From Lama guanicoe (Eukaryota): DNA of 60,000 nucleotides. A program made the translations under genes and the position numbers. Below the pieces are notes generated by a model. It searched no databases and had not been told where the DNA came from. It saw only the letters and a program-made list of their open reading frames with translations. Of this stretch, positions 24,450-37,061 are shown piece by piece (position 1 is the stretch's first letter; every line of letters starts with the position of its first letter). The stretch covers positions 11,387,003 to 11,447,002 of the forward strand of contig MU053934.1 in NCBI GenBank assembly GCA_013239625.1, read 5' to 3'.

Positions 24450-24730
24450 TCCTCTTGTTAGAATTGGCACACTGAACGTCTACGTGCACCGAAACCCCTC
24501 AGATGATGTTGAGATTTTTATTCAATCGTCGTACGTTTTCTGCACGTGGTCTCCTGGTTTCCCAGATGGCTGACCCTCCTGCTGGTCCCCACCCCAATTC
24601 TCACACCTCCGGTCCCCTGCAGGGGTCGAGCCCCTCCCGTCTGGAGAGCCCCCTTTAGCCTTTCTTTTAGAGCACGCTGCCACCAATGAGCTCTACTTAC
24701 GCCTCTTCTGAGAATGGTCTCACGTCATCG
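24450..24730 (-). mobile_element. Highly degenerate ancient L1 fragment
   Basis: ccctttagcctttcttttagagcacgctgccaccaatgagctc...tctgagaatggtct resembles antisense L1M internal text. Confidence 0.4.
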
Positions 24731-25489
24731 CCAGTCCGGAGAGAGACGGGGTCCCTGCTCCCGGGACGAGAGGCGCCCGGTCAGCGAGAAGGCTCCCGCT
24801 CCGAGGCTCAGCGTCTGCCTCCCGAGGCCACCCCTGAGGCCACTGCTGTGGCCCCACCGGAGTGGGGGGGAGGCTGGAGAGGGGGCAGACAGGGGAAACA
24901 GGAAGGGGGCGTCTCCTCTGCGCTCCTCTCCTTGCACAAGAGTGAAGGGCCCGTCTCGGGGCCACGTCTGGCTACCCTGGGGCTCCCTTCTCCGCTGGGC
25001 GGCCCTGGCATGCAGGCAGGCGACGCCGGGGACAGAAGGGAAGAGAGCCTCGGCTCCCCTGGGCGGGGACCTTCATGCCCGGGGCTCTTTCCCGACGCAC
25101 TGTTACACCTGTCAGGTGCCCTTCCGGGTCCTCGGGTGCGGCTCCCGGCTTCTCTCCAGGCCGTGCAGGCCGTGCAGCTGGGTGGCGGGGCAGGGCGGGC
25201 CACTCCACGGCCCCGAACCACGACGTCCCACGTGTGCCCTCTGAGGTGCTCGGACTCAGCGCTCCCTCCCTGTGCTGATGAGAGCTTGAATGCAGCAGTG
25301 CTCCCGTCCGCGGCGCACGCACGTGGGTCCGTGTTTCCCCCATCGGCTCTCCGGTCTGCCCTCCTGTGCGCACACTCCCCTCCCCCTGGATCTGACCTCC
25401 ATGCAGAAAGCAGCTGTTAGGGTCACGCCCCACAGGCCTGCTGCTCTTCCGCTGCCCCGTCCTCTGTGTCGCCCTGATCCGCTCCACCT

Positions 25490-25870
25490 GTCGCCGTGGT
25501 TCACGCATCCTCACGGCTTCTGACCGTTCCACTGGGAGGTCAGACCCCATCTCAGCTCCATGCGGCTCCCGGCCGGCGTTTGGGTGGTTTCCCATTTCTG
25601 GAGATTGTGAACATCTTCCCATGTGTGGACACACGTGAGCATTTCCAGAGTCCATCTCTGGGCGTGGGATCGGTGTCAGCGAGTGGATATCACTTTAGCC
25701 TCAGTGGGCATTATCACCTTTTTAAGGTCTTGCCCCAATCTGTAATCTCATCAGTGCCACAGGGAAGTTCTGTCTGCTGCTCAGCTGCACAGATACGCAG
25801 CGTCTCCTGTCTTCCCATTGCGTCACCTGCTGGACGTGCCCTGAAGTTGAGGACGTTCATCAGCCACTAG
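25490..25870 (-). mobile_element. Ancient L1ME-class 3' fragment
   Basis: gcgtttgggtggtttcccatttctggagattgtgaacatc...gtggacacacgtgagcatttcc...ccaatctgtaatctcatcagtg. Confidence 0.55.
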
Positions 25871-25900
25871 TCCCCCGTCGGCCCTGCACCAGGCCGCAGC

Positions 25901-26409
25901 TGAGACAGGAGTGGAGGGGCAGGACACGGCCGCTCAAGGAAGGACACGGCAGTTAGTCCTGAGACAGCGGAGAATTCCACTCCCAGGAGACAGGAGGCCC
26001 AAGGTGGCGGGAGCTGACCCCCAGGCGACCGTGACCTTCCTGGTCTGCTCGCGGTGGTGTATGAGCACGTGGTTGGCGCTCCCACAGGCGCCCTGACGGC
26101 TCTGAGGCTGACCCTGAAAGGGCAGGGTGGGCGCAGCCTGGGGTCCCCGGCCCTTCCCCAGAGTGGTGGGAACAGTCCTCCCACTCGTCACCATACGAAG
26201 TCACCGAGCCCCCAGACACTGTCACCCCCGCGCCTCCCTGCCGCCCCCCTGCCGAGTGAGACGCCTGCGCTCAGTCCACGGGGTGTGAGTCTCTGAATAA
26301 ACCTGTTTTCACTCTCTTGTGGATTCTTTCCTGTGGGAATCCAGGACCCTCGCTCGGTGGGGTGTGTCCCAGGGACTCCCCTCCTCTCGCCCGCCTTGCT
26401 CCTGCATCA
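25901..26409 (+). mobile_element. ERV1 solo LTR, MER41-like (artiodactyl lineage)
   Basis: Begins TGagacaggagtggaggggcagg and ends cctgcatCA, with AATAAA at 26296-26301 followed by U5-like ttttcactct...gattctttcctgtgggaatccaggaccctc. No clean target-site duplication seen. Confidence 0.7.
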
Positions 26410-27484
26410 CTCGCACTTAGAGTGACTGATGCGGGTCTGTGGAGCTGAAACTAATGCGTCACCAGGGATGCAGTCGGACTCCGTTGGGCTGGTTCCGTGA
26501 ACACACACACCTGCACGTAGATTCACACACACACAAGTGCACACAGCATCTCTCTCACAGACCCACACACACACACACCCTGGGTCCACAGACGCCGTCC
26601 TGGGGAGACATGGACGGGCCTGGCCCCTGGCATCCCACGGAGAGCCCCCGACGCAGCCTGTTCTCTGGCCGATGCGGCCCCATCTGGCGGGTGTCTCCCA
26701 CCCTGCGCTGCACCCCGATCCCTGTGCGGAAGGGCTGGGGGGAGGCAGAGCCGTAAACAACCCCTCTTATTCTTCCTGTCACGACGCTTCGTCACAGCCG
26801 GGGAGCTCCCGGCATCTGGCCGTGATGAGACACTTTGGCTCCCACCCCCGAGGGCCCTGCGCACCCCGGCCACGCAGGAAGCCAGCTGCCGGCCCCGCTC
26901 CCCACTTCCTCCTAAGTGAGCCGGGCTCCACATGACACCCCACAGAGAGGGGCCTCGGCCCTCCTGTCCCCACCACTGTCCCCATCACCGGCTGTTGTGG
27001 AGGAAGGGCGGCCGAGGGGAGGCCTGGGCAAGGCCCTTTCCCCGGGTTTCGTCCCTGGGACACTTAGAGCTGCTTTGCTTGTTTTGAACATTTCATTTGC
27101 AAATAACTCTGCATTTAACTATGTCAGATTAGAGACGCAGACTTTGCAGATTTATGGAGCCGTTGCGTACGCTGCAGAAACCACACTCAGAATCAGACCC
27201 ACGACGGCATTCTGGAGATTTACGTACAAACGGCAAGAGCTCATTTGAACAGCTCAGCTTGGAGACGTAACTGGTGGTCTCGGGTACCGGCTGGCGCGGC
27301 TGGCTGGGGGACCGGGAGCCCAGCGCTCCACGCCTCCTCACTCCCTGGGCTGGTCCTCACGGCAGCACCCCCTGCTCATCCCTGCAGCCCGTCCTCCCTG
27401 CCTCCGGGAGCCCAGGAAGCTCGGGAGGGTCCCTGCACCTTCTCTGTGTCTCCCCTTCCCCTCCCTCTCCTCCTCCTTCTTAAC

Positions 27485-27555
27485 TAAGACTCTATTTTTC
27501 AGAGCAATTTGAGGTTCAAGCTACAGCTGAGCGAAAGCGTCCAGGCAGCCTCTGT
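27485..27555 (-). mobile_element. Short L1MC-class 3' terminus
   Basis: ctatttttcagagcaatttgaggttcaagctacagctgagcgaaag. Confidence 0.5.
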
Positions 27556-28074
27556 GCACGTGGGAGGCAGGTGATGTGCAGGTTCGGCCTCTCTTTCCGC
27601 CGTCCAGGTGTGCGTTCCAACGAGCAGGTGAGCCTCCAGCCTCCGCCAAGACCCAGCTAGAGCTCTGCTGAGGAAGGCGGTTCCTGGCAGCGGCCGCTCC
27701 TGAAGCCACCTGGGAGGAGCGTGAGGGACGCTGAAACCCAGCCCCCGCCCGGATGTCCTGATCCGGTCAGTCTTGGTGTGGCCGGCTGGCAGGCCTGGGA
27801 CAGCCCTGGGGGACTCTATCATGCAAGGACGTCCGACTCAGGGACTCGGCCCCGGGGACACGCAGCAGCCAGAGCAGGTCCAGCGGGCACCCGAGCCTCC
27901 ACGCTGCAGGCAAACGCCCCCCCCAGAAGGTTGCAGCTTGTTCGCGGCCCGCCTGGATTTAAGGTCCACTGAGGAGGGGCTCCGAGGGGCCGAGTCAGTA
28001 CTCGCTGGGTGAACGAATACATAAGGTGGACGTGCTTGCTCTCCGCCCTGCCCTGTGACCCCGGGGCTGAGGTC

Positions 28075-28345
28075 ACCGGCACAATTAATGGTGCTGTCAA
28101 TACTGCATAAGTGAGCCGCGTGCGCCCCGCCGGGAGCCGCGACTCCGGGAAGGTGACCGGGTCCGCGGCCAGACCGCCAGCCCCCAGGCCCCACGTGTGC
28201 ATGGCGGTGCCGCCAGACAACAGTCTGATTGTATTAGTTGAGGGTAATTTTCACACTTCACAGCAGCTGCCCGGTTTACCTCCAGATTCTGCTGACTCTA
28301 CGAAGAATTTGCACAATAAAATAATGGGAAAACTAAGATAACCAG
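28075..28345. promoter_or_regulatory. Candidate non-coding regulatory element
   Basis: Two AT-rich blocks (acaattaatggtgctgtcaatactgcataag; tgattgtattagttgagggtaatt...cacaataaaataatggg) in non-repeat DNA. Confidence 0.4.
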
Positions 28346-28774
28346 CGAAGCCAAACCAGAAGCCTCATTCCATCAAACCCTCGGAGCAGAGCGCGCTAAC
28401 GGCCCGGGTCAGGCTCTGCCCACCCCGCACCATCTGCAGCTCTGTCCCCGGGGGGCCTGGGCCGCCTACACCTCAACTTTCTGTCGCAGACTCTGCACCG
28501 TGCTGGGTTTGCCTCGCGTTCTGCTTGTTTGGGGTCTGGCTTTGATGCCACACGCATTTGTGAGTTTGGAGGTTGGGCACCTGTGTGGCGTGGGCTCTGG
28601 TTCTGGGAGGGGGCAAACCTGGGACAGGGGCCAGAGAAGAAAGGTCCTGGGGGTCGGGGCAGGCTCCTCGGGCGAGGGTCAGCTCAGTGGACGGGCGCAG
28701 AGGGAAGGAGGGAAGGAAGGGTGTGCCTTTCACTCTGCAAGGCGGGGGGGACCCCACTTGTAGGGCTGACGCTT

Positions 28775-29350
28775 GCTGGGTCGGGGGGTCGGTGGTGACC
28801 CCCCCAAAGAGACCCCCGCAGCCTAGCTGTCAGAGACTTTGAATGTGATGCCACTTGGCAAAGAGTCTTTGCAGGCATGATTGAGGCTCTCAGGGCGCGA
28901 CCACCCGGACTCAGGCTGAGCCCTGAACCTGCTGACAGATGTCTTGACACGAGAGGATAAAGGCGGGTTTTGAGACTCAGACGTGCTGGGGAAGGAGGCC
29001 ACGGGAAGCCAGGGGCAGAGACGGGGGTGAAGCCACGAGGCAGGGAGGCCTCGACCCACCAGAGCCTTCTCTTTTTAAAAGACTGTCTTTTCATGGAGGC
29101 ACTGGGGATTGAACCCAGGACCCCATGCATGCTAAGCACTTGCTCTACCACTGAGCTAGACCTAACCTCCCCCACCCCGCCACCCAACACAGCCTTGAGA
29201 GAAGTGAGGAAGGGTCCTCTCCAAGAGCCAGGAGGGAGCCCGGCCCTACTGGCATCTGGCTTCCAGACTCTGGCCCCCTGACCATGAGAGCCCCCAGGTC
29301 CCCACTGTCTGCGCGGCAGCCGTGGGAGCTCAGTCTCTACCAGGAACCTT
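28775..29350 (+). mobile_element. MaLR solo LTR (MLT1B/C-like) interrupted by a SINE
   Basis: tgaatgtgatgccacttggcaaagagtctttgcaggcatgatt...ccaccagagcc [SINE] gagagaagtgaggaagggtcctctccaagagcc...gactctggccccctgaccatgagag. Confidence 0.75.
29069..29181 (-). mobile_element. tRNA-derived SINE, camelid Vic-1-like
   Basis: Reverse complement reads ggggaggttaggtctagctcagtggtagagcaagtgcttagcatgcatggggtcctgggttcaatccccagtgcctcca. B box at 29106-29115. Flanked by a 13/15-identical direct repeat (29054-29068, 29182-29196). Confidence 0.9.
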
Positions 29351-29499
29351 CTCCTGGCTCCACGGGTGTCACCAGGCTCAGCCTCCCACACGGCCTGTGA
29401 GCTGGACCGAACTGTCCCACCGTCCCGGAGCTGAGCTGGGACTTAGACCCGTCAAAGCCCACGTGCACAGTCAGGAAGGGAGCGGGTCCCTGTGGCCCC

Positions 29500-29615
29500 C
29501 GTGTATGGGGAATTTCACTTACAAGGCTGGGAGTCTGGGCGGGTCCCATGTTACGGATGGGGTGATTTGCCCAAGGTCACAGGCACCAGACAGGTGTGGA
29601 GCTGAGCGGGGCCAG
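29500..29615 (-). mobile_element. MIR fragment
   Basis: cccatgttacggatggggtgatttgcccaaggtcacag. Confidence 0.55.
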
Positions 29616-29864
29616 AGCCCTGTGAGCACAGGACAGCCAGGTGGTCCGGGGCAGGAGGAGAATCGGGAGGCTACAGAAGCAAAGGAGGCCCTTGGGGGGC
29701 AGGTGGGGCTTCATCCGTGGGGGAGGGACAGGGCAACAGGAGGGACTGGACCAGGCAGCTTTGGGCTGGGGGCCGCTGCCTGTCCCCGCAGGGGGGCTCC
29801 GAAGGGTATCCCCGCGGAGCACAGGGTCAGGACAAGGGAGGGTGAGCAGCGGGCCCGGACGTCC

Positions 29865-30030
29865 CAGTTCATTATGAGGGCAGAATGTGCGGGGCATCAC
29901 GGGGCCCTTCAAACAGCTTTTTAAATACATGTTCAACATCTGCTAATTGGGTGTGGGAACAGCCATTAATCTAATAATAACCCTTATGTAATCTTCTCTT
30001 TTGTTCAAAGTCAAGGATTTTTAAAACATC
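29865..30030. promoter_or_regulatory. Candidate non-coding regulatory element
   Basis: TAAT/ATTA-dense unique island (ttcattatg, ctaattgg, ccattaatctaataataacccttatgtaatc). Confidence 0.4.
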
Positions 30031-30779
30031 TCACGTGGCCAAATGTGCCAGCCTTCTCCCGTTCTGCGGTTCTCTTCGGTTCCGCCCTGTTTCCGTGACT
30101 CCACCTGGGGAGCCACCGCCCACTGCAGGGGTGGGTACTTCCGAGCACCCTGCCAACCACCTGGATTGTCTTTAGAAGTTCTCTCTTCTCGTCCAGTTCT
30201 CGTATCTGCGAGCTCTGGGGCATTTTAGGGACAGTTTAGGCGCCTTCATTTTCTCTGCTGATTTTCCATGTCAAGCAGCTTCTTAGAAGGCATGTTGATG
30301 GCTCTGATATTGAAGAAGAGAGGACCACTTTCCCCTGATGAAGCCACGAAGGCTCCCCAAGAACCCGTGGGCCCCCGCACTCCCCAGGACACGGAGACAT
30401 GGGGCCAGGCCTGGCCAAATAAAAGGAATTGAAAGGACTTGGGTCAAGCTGGTCGCAGTCTGGCATCCTCCCGCAGCCTCTCCTGAGCTGGGCGGGGACG
30501 GAAGGGCCCTGAGAGCCTGCAGCTGTGAAGGAGAAGTAGTTGGGTCCCTGCGTCACCCCCGGGGAGCCCTGGACAGGAGCGTCAGCTGACTTTCCTCCCG
30601 GCTGGAGGGCAGGGGTGTGGTCTGTCACACAATTTCCTAAGAGGAAAGAGGGGGCAGTTGTGAATGGTTTTGTGATCCCACCTTAGGGTGCTGTCTACAC
30701 CCTGCCCCTTGTGAATGTCAGCGTGGACCCTGAGTGACTGCCAACTCATGAGGGGTCAGTGCTTGCTGGCCCTGCATGA

Positions 30780-31170
30780 CCTGTGGTGCCATCAATCGGA
30801 AGTACCTAACAATCCTCACGTAGCAGGCAAAGGTAGGCGGTGCCAGGCTGGGGCAGGGGGTGACTCCACCATCTCAAAACACAGCTTCTAACTCTGGGCC
30901 CAGAGTGGCTGCTCTCGCCCGTGCCATCACATCTGTATCTCAGTTAACTGGAAAGAAGAACAGGGCAAAGGGAGTGCATGCCCATTATTTTGAAGACCAT
31001 TGCCCCAAAGAGGCACACATCCCTTCTGCCTATGTGCCGTCACCAAAACTTAGTCACATGGCCACACCTAGCTCACCTCTCGCCAGGCAGGCATGTGCCC
31101 GGGTGAGCTTGGGAGTGTCTCCTAGATTAAGGGGACGTGGGAGGCTGGAGGTTGATGGAGGACTGGCAGC
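30780..31170 (-). mobile_element. Ancient LTR (LTR33/MLT1-like), antisense
   Basis: gtggctgctctcgcccgtgccatcacatctgtatctcag...cttctgcctatgtgccgtcaccaaaacttagtcacatggccacacctagct. Confidence 0.65.
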
Positions 31171-34100
31171 CACGGCTGTGGGCCCCTCCCCCACCAGCGC
31201 TGGTCCTGACGGCGCACACCCCGGCTGCCCTGGAGGCCAGAGGGCGGGGTGAGGACCTGGGTGAATTTGCTACAGTGACCAGTTCTGGATTTCCCTGGCA
31301 TTTGCATGTCTCAATACGGGCACTGTTTCGTGTGGGCCAGGGGTGGGGAGGACATGGAGTGGGTCTGCCCTGGCCTCTTCCTGCTGCCCCTGTGTCTCAT
31401 CCAGGCTACATTCGCCCCAGGCCAAGTGTCCAGGTTTGCGTGGCAGGTCCCCTCCCTGGGGCTGTGTGAGAATGGTTGGTGTCATGCCCTCTGACCCCAG
31501 GGATGAGGAGCAGGGCTCAGCTCAGTGCTCTTTGCTAAGCGGCATCTGGCAAGCAGCTTCCCTTTTTCCCACAGTCCAGCCCCCTGCTTTGCTTCGCAGA
31601 GTCTGGGTCTCCCCTCCCAGCAGGGAGCTGAAGGCAGGTGGGGTGACTGAGTATTGAAAAAGATGATGTTACAGAGAAACACCCCGCAAGGCCTTGACCT
31701 CCTGCTCTGCAGATCAGCGAGTGTGTGAGTGAAAGGGTGCCCCCGCGGGCCTCCTAGACCCAACAGGAATTGGAGGACAGGCATAGAGCTGGCAACTCAA
31801 CTCCGTCCTCCCGCCGTCCTCCCTCCTCCCCCGGAAAGCATCACTAGGGAGGACTCACCTCTGTTCAAAACAAAACAAAGCAACACCTTTGCCTGGGGCG
31901 GGACTCACCTCTGTGGTCCTGGAAGCCTTCCCGTCTCCCAGCTCCGCTGACCAGGGCTGCTTCTCTGACTCAGTAGGATGGCTATTCCTGCCTCTCCCAC
32001 CTCGGCAGGTGACAGAACGGAGGCCCAGGAGAGCCCAATCCCACAGCTAGTCAGTGCGGCCTGTTCTGGATCATCTGGCTTAGAACTCGGAAGCTTTGTC
32101 CTGGACCACGTGAACCCACTGACCCCATGATGGAGGGGATACCTGCCACGAGCCTGGGGTTCAGGACAGGTCAGGAGTCCCCCTGGGGCCCCACCCACGC
32201 AGGTCCAGCACAGGCTGAGAGGAGCAGGGTTCTGGACGGCACAGGAGGAGAGCAGGGGCTTCTGGATGTTTCTAGGACCTGGGAGGGGCCCGCTGGGACA
32301 CGGCATGGGTAGTGCTAAGGTCAGGAAGTGGGCAGGAGGGCCCGGTCAGACGCCCATGTCACATTGGCGTGCAGGGGTCCATAGGGCCCAGGAAGCCCCC
32401 CACAGGGGTGCCGTTCTGTGGGAGTCATGGCCAGGGCACTCCTTCCAGAAGGAGCTTTAGAACCTAATTTCTAAGTTGTCTCTGTGCCGACAAGTGGACG
32501 AGTTCTTGGTCAGGGCACACACTGATAACACAGCCCTGGTCCTAAACCCCACAGAAGTGGGATGCCCTTGGGGACCACGATTCAGGCCAGTGAGGCTAGT
32601 TTCAGTTCCTTCCCAATGTAAAAGTCTGCCTGGACCCCAACAGGGTGGAGTCACCTGCACAGTCAGACCCCACCCCATCTAGAGGGGGTTCTTAACGCCC
32701 CCCTAGAAGGGGGTGGGGAGGGACAGGTATGAGGATGAGCACACGACATGGGTCCAAGGTAGGTAAGGAGGGGGTGGCGGGTTACAGGACTGGGGGAGGG
32801 GGCGGTCCCGGCACCGCGGACCCAGCGTTGGGGCAGAGAGAGGAACGTGGTCACCGGAATTCGAAGGCGGAGCCACTGGGAGGCAGTGGAGGTCGCGATC
32901 TTGCAAGAGATAGAGCTCGAGGAGTAAGCGGCTGGCGTGTTGGAGGAGACATTCACACAGACACCGAAGTGACCAGTTATGACAAGATGTAGTGGAGGCT
33001 GCAAGCCGATGGCAGGGACGGGGCTCCGGGAGAACTCCGACAGCTGACAGTGAACGTGTGTCCTAGCGTTCCAAAGGGGCCAGCGTCACTTAGCTTCGAG
33101 CCGTATCCTGTCTGCAAGGCAGCCAGGAGGCCTCAGTCATCCCTGCACCTGGCAAAGGTGTGGAGGCTGGTGGAGGACAGAGGTTTCCCCGAGGAGGAGA
33201 CAGACACGTACCCTTCTCTCCTCGGCAGCGGAACGTAAAACCGGAAAGTGTGGTTTTCCCCTCTTTGCAAGGTGAGCGTCCCTCCCTGAGGCAGCTCTGG
33301 GTTACACGAGTGTGGCCGTTCACCCAGAGATCAGTGCCATCTGGAAAGGTCCTTCCTTGTCCCCGAGAACCCGCAGCACGTGTAGTCCTGCATCCGGGGC
33401 AGGAGCGTCCTGAAGACAAGCAAACTGCCAGTCGTGGCCGCAGCGCGCTGCCACACTCAGGGCAGCGCGGCCAGTGGGGGCTGTGCCCAGGGGAAGGGAC
33501 ATCACGACCGTAGGCATCACGCAGAGGGGAGGGGGCCCTCCAGCTAAGTGCGGGGCTTGGTACACCCCAAGTCCCCCGCTGCCAAAACCGCGCTCGGGCC
33601 GGCTGCCCCCGATGGAGCCTGGGAGACGGCCCCGGGCGCATGCGCAGCTGCTTGAGTCAGACAATAAACGGCGTTTGAAAAATTAGTCCCACGGGTCAAG
33701 CAAGAGTCTCCTTCAAATGCCCATCACTTCACACTAACCACTTCCAATTTCCTCTTGAGTTATTACGTTCATGGACCCGTGGGCGCACCTCAGCCAGAAC
33801 AAATGGGCGGCGTCTTCCCCAGCACGAAAGGCAGGAGGATGAAGTCCATTGTGCTTTGTGCAGCCGTCCAGCAGCCTGGCCTCCTGCACCCACGAGGCTG
33901 ATGGCAGCCTTTGTGTCTGATTTAAATGCAGACGATGGAGCCGGTCCAGGTTTGAGCCCGGAGTAGACCATGTGCCCCTGGCTCCCATCAGCCTGCAGAT
34001 GGGCACTGGGGTGAACATGATCTGGAGGATGCCCTGGGCTTCCTGCCGCATGCCTGGCAGCACGGGGCTCCCACGGGGCACACCCTGGGGCTTGTCTGGA

Positions 34101-36252
34101 GCAATGGATGCAGTGTCTGGAGGCGTTGCCTGAGAACCACTCCAGCCTTCCCGAGATGCCTTCATTTGGTGCCTTGTTCAAACACGAGTGGGTCCCCCAA
34201 CTGCACAGGGGACGCTGTGCCCTGGAGGTGTCTGAATCCCACACAGCGCATAAGATCTGTGTAAAATGGGGCTTGTAGGACAGCATCAGACCTGGGGCCA
34301 CGGTCACAGGCCAAGGCAGATCTTCCTGCTGTGACAGTTTCATCTGAAGAGCTTGTGTTGCCACTGGCCCTGCCAAACCCAGGTGGGGAGTCCCTTCTCA
34401 AGGGCCCCGGAGGAGCCAGGCTGGGGAGGGGGGAGGCAGTCTCATGGCCAGGCTGGAAAAAGTGGCCGGGAGCGGCCGCCCACAGCACTCAGGCAGCAGG
34501 TGGGCGAGGAGGGACGGGGCTGCGGCCAGAGGTCTGAGGGGCAGGTGTCAGGTGGGCGAAGGTGGAGAAAGACAATTCTAGAAGCTGCCCCCATGCGCCT
34601 GAGCAGACGTCCTGTGCACCCTTTCTTCCCCTATGTGTGGCTCACGCACAGGGGCCTGCCTTCGGCCAGACCTGGGCTTGGGGTGCATCACTGCCCCGAT
34701 CAGCCATAGGGCCTGGGGGTGGGGGCACCTGCCTCCTCCTCAGTCCACTTGCATCAAGTGGGGGCTTCGTGCTCACGGCACAGGAGTTACAAGGATGACA
34801 CACGGTCCTCATTACTGCTTTCCGGTCATGACTCATGGATAACATTTAAAAACAAAAGCAAAAAGCAAAAAAACTCCCCCCAAAACAAAAAACCCACAAC
34901 CACCCTGGATTAATAATGATCAACTCTACCCTTTTCTCCGCTAAGAGGCGTGTGTAATTCCAAGACACCCCGTGACAGCAGCCACGAAGATGCAATAAAG
35001 GCCTCCGCAAGGCTCCTCTGAGCCCTCTTCCCAGTCAGGCCTCCCCATTCTGACCTCCGTGTCCGTCTGGGCAAAGCTCGGCCCCTCCCGGGGCAGCCCC
35101 GGCTCCGCAGGACAGCGGACCGTCGCCCCAGCCTGCAGGGGAAGACGCGCTCTGCTCCCGGCCGCTCCCGCAGACCCACCTGCACTTTGTCCTTGTCCCT
35201 GTGCCCCTGGTGGCCACCAGGCCACCTCCTCCTGGCCTCCCAGCTCCCACAGGACAGGGGTCCCGTGGCATCCACGCCTGCACTAAAGCAGTCGTGCATC
35301 TCAGAGTAAGAGCCAGGAGAAACCTCATTCTTTTCCTTTCTTTTACCAGAAATGCAAAGTTTTCGTGTAATTGGCTACATGACGCTACCTCTCCAGGGCG
35401 GGCAGGAGTGGCCATGTCACAGGACCGCATCTTCTGGAGATGATCCGCCTCCTTCCTGGAAGGGACTGCTCGGCCCCTCAGAGTAGGCGGAGAATAGCCC
35501 TGAGATTGGACATTGGTGACAGGAGCTGATGAGGGTAAGGATGTCGATGAAAGTAGGTGCTAGCATTTCGGGGGGTCACCTGCGCGTGAGAAAGGGCCCT
35601 AACTCACCCCTCCTGCCCCGCCTGGTGTGTTCTCACCAGACCCAGGTGACTCCCGGCTGATGGGAAAGTAAGTCGTTAAGATGAACCGTGTGACTCAGCA
35701 AAGGCCTCGCTGTGCTGCCGGCTCCCCCGGAGGAAGCCGCGGGAGCGCACGTGGAGGCGAAATGAAACCAGACGCCGCTTGGTGCCGGACAGACGGCTCT
35801 CTCCCTCCACCCTGCTCCAGCACAGTGTCAATGTTCCATTTCTCAGTGCTTGTTGGAGGTGAAACATCTCTTGCGCATCACGCTCGGAAACAGTGCAGAG
35901 GGCGACGGAGGATGCGCGGCGCCCGAGCGCTGGGGGAGGAGCATGGGGCCGCTTGCTGGGTGTCAGCTGAACGAGGCTCTGGCATCAGCGTGCATACCTC
36001 TGCTGCTCACGGCTTCTCAGAAACGTGGGTAGAATGATGCGTGCTTTAAGGACAGTAGGCCAGGGAGCCTGGGGGCTGCCGGGGCCAGCAAGGCTGCCTC
36101 CCTCTGGGGAACGGGCCTTTGGCCTGAACCTAGACAGGCTCTCTGTGAAGTGACATCACCTCCCTGAACCAAGAAAGGAGGCCGAGTGCACTGGTCAGGA
36201 GGGAGCCCAGGGCTGGCAGGGCTGGCGGGGCCGGAGAGGGGCGGGGACCGGG

Positions 36253-36292
36253 NNNNNNNNNNNNNNNNNNNNNNNNNNNNNNNNNNNNNNNN
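36253..36292. other. Assembly gap (40 N) flanked by a 20-bp near-identical repeat
   Basis: 36233-36252 ggagaggggcggggaccggg versus 36293-36312 ggaggggggcggggaccggg. Confidence 0.95.
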
Positions 36293-36450
36293 GGAGGGGG
36301 GCGGGGACCGGGGGCGGCCCTGCTCACTCAGGCTGACCGTCCCGCTGTGGCCACAGAGCACCCACCACCTCCAGGCGCAGCCTCTGAGGACAGCCCAGGG
36401 CCTTGGTGGGAGGCGCGGTTGCCGTGGTGATGCTGCAGCTGGACAGCCGG

Positions 36451-36480
36451 CCAGGGTGGGCCAGGGTGGGCCAGGGTGGG
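36451..36480 (+). repeat. (CCAGGGTGGG)x3 tandem repeat
   Basis: Three exact 10-bp copies. Confidence 0.9.
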
Positions 36481-36917
36481 CCTGGGCCGGGGCCTCATTG
36501 CCCGTCACCGGCTGGCCCATGCCCTGTGGCTCGGGGTGGACCCCCAGACCAGGCTCCTCCCGGTCCCCTTCCTGTTCTCTTGTCCAGAACCCACGGGCAG
36601 GGCATGTCCTGTGCAGACTGAGCAGAGCACCATTGCCGTGGCGCGGGGCAGCTGGGACCCACAGGGCCCAGGTGTGGGCCGTTTTCACCCTGCCTTCGGG
36701 AATCTGCCCTGCGGAAAATCTGAAGAGCCCGATAGCCGTCTGAGCTGGGCTGGATGCCTGGGCCGTGTGGCCGGGACATCGTGCTGCGCCTGGACTTGGG
36801 AACAGACACTGATCCTGGAGCTCAAGACACTGGACACGCGGGGCTGGGGACAGAGCTGGGGCCATGCCCCCTGGGCCAGGGCGGACTGGGGGGAGGGGGC
36901 AGGACGGGGAAGGGGGC

Positions 36918-37061
36918 NNNNNNNNNNNNNNNNNNNNNNNNNNNNNNNNNNNNNNNNNNNNNNNNNNNNNNNNNNNNNNNNNNNNNNNNNNNNNNNNNNN
37001 NNNNNNNNNNNNNNNNNNNNNNNNNNNNNNNNNNNNNNNNNNNNNNNNNNNNNNNNNNNNN
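36918..37061. other. Assembly gap (144 N)
   Basis: Run of N abutting a GC-rich minisatellite. Confidence 0.95.
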
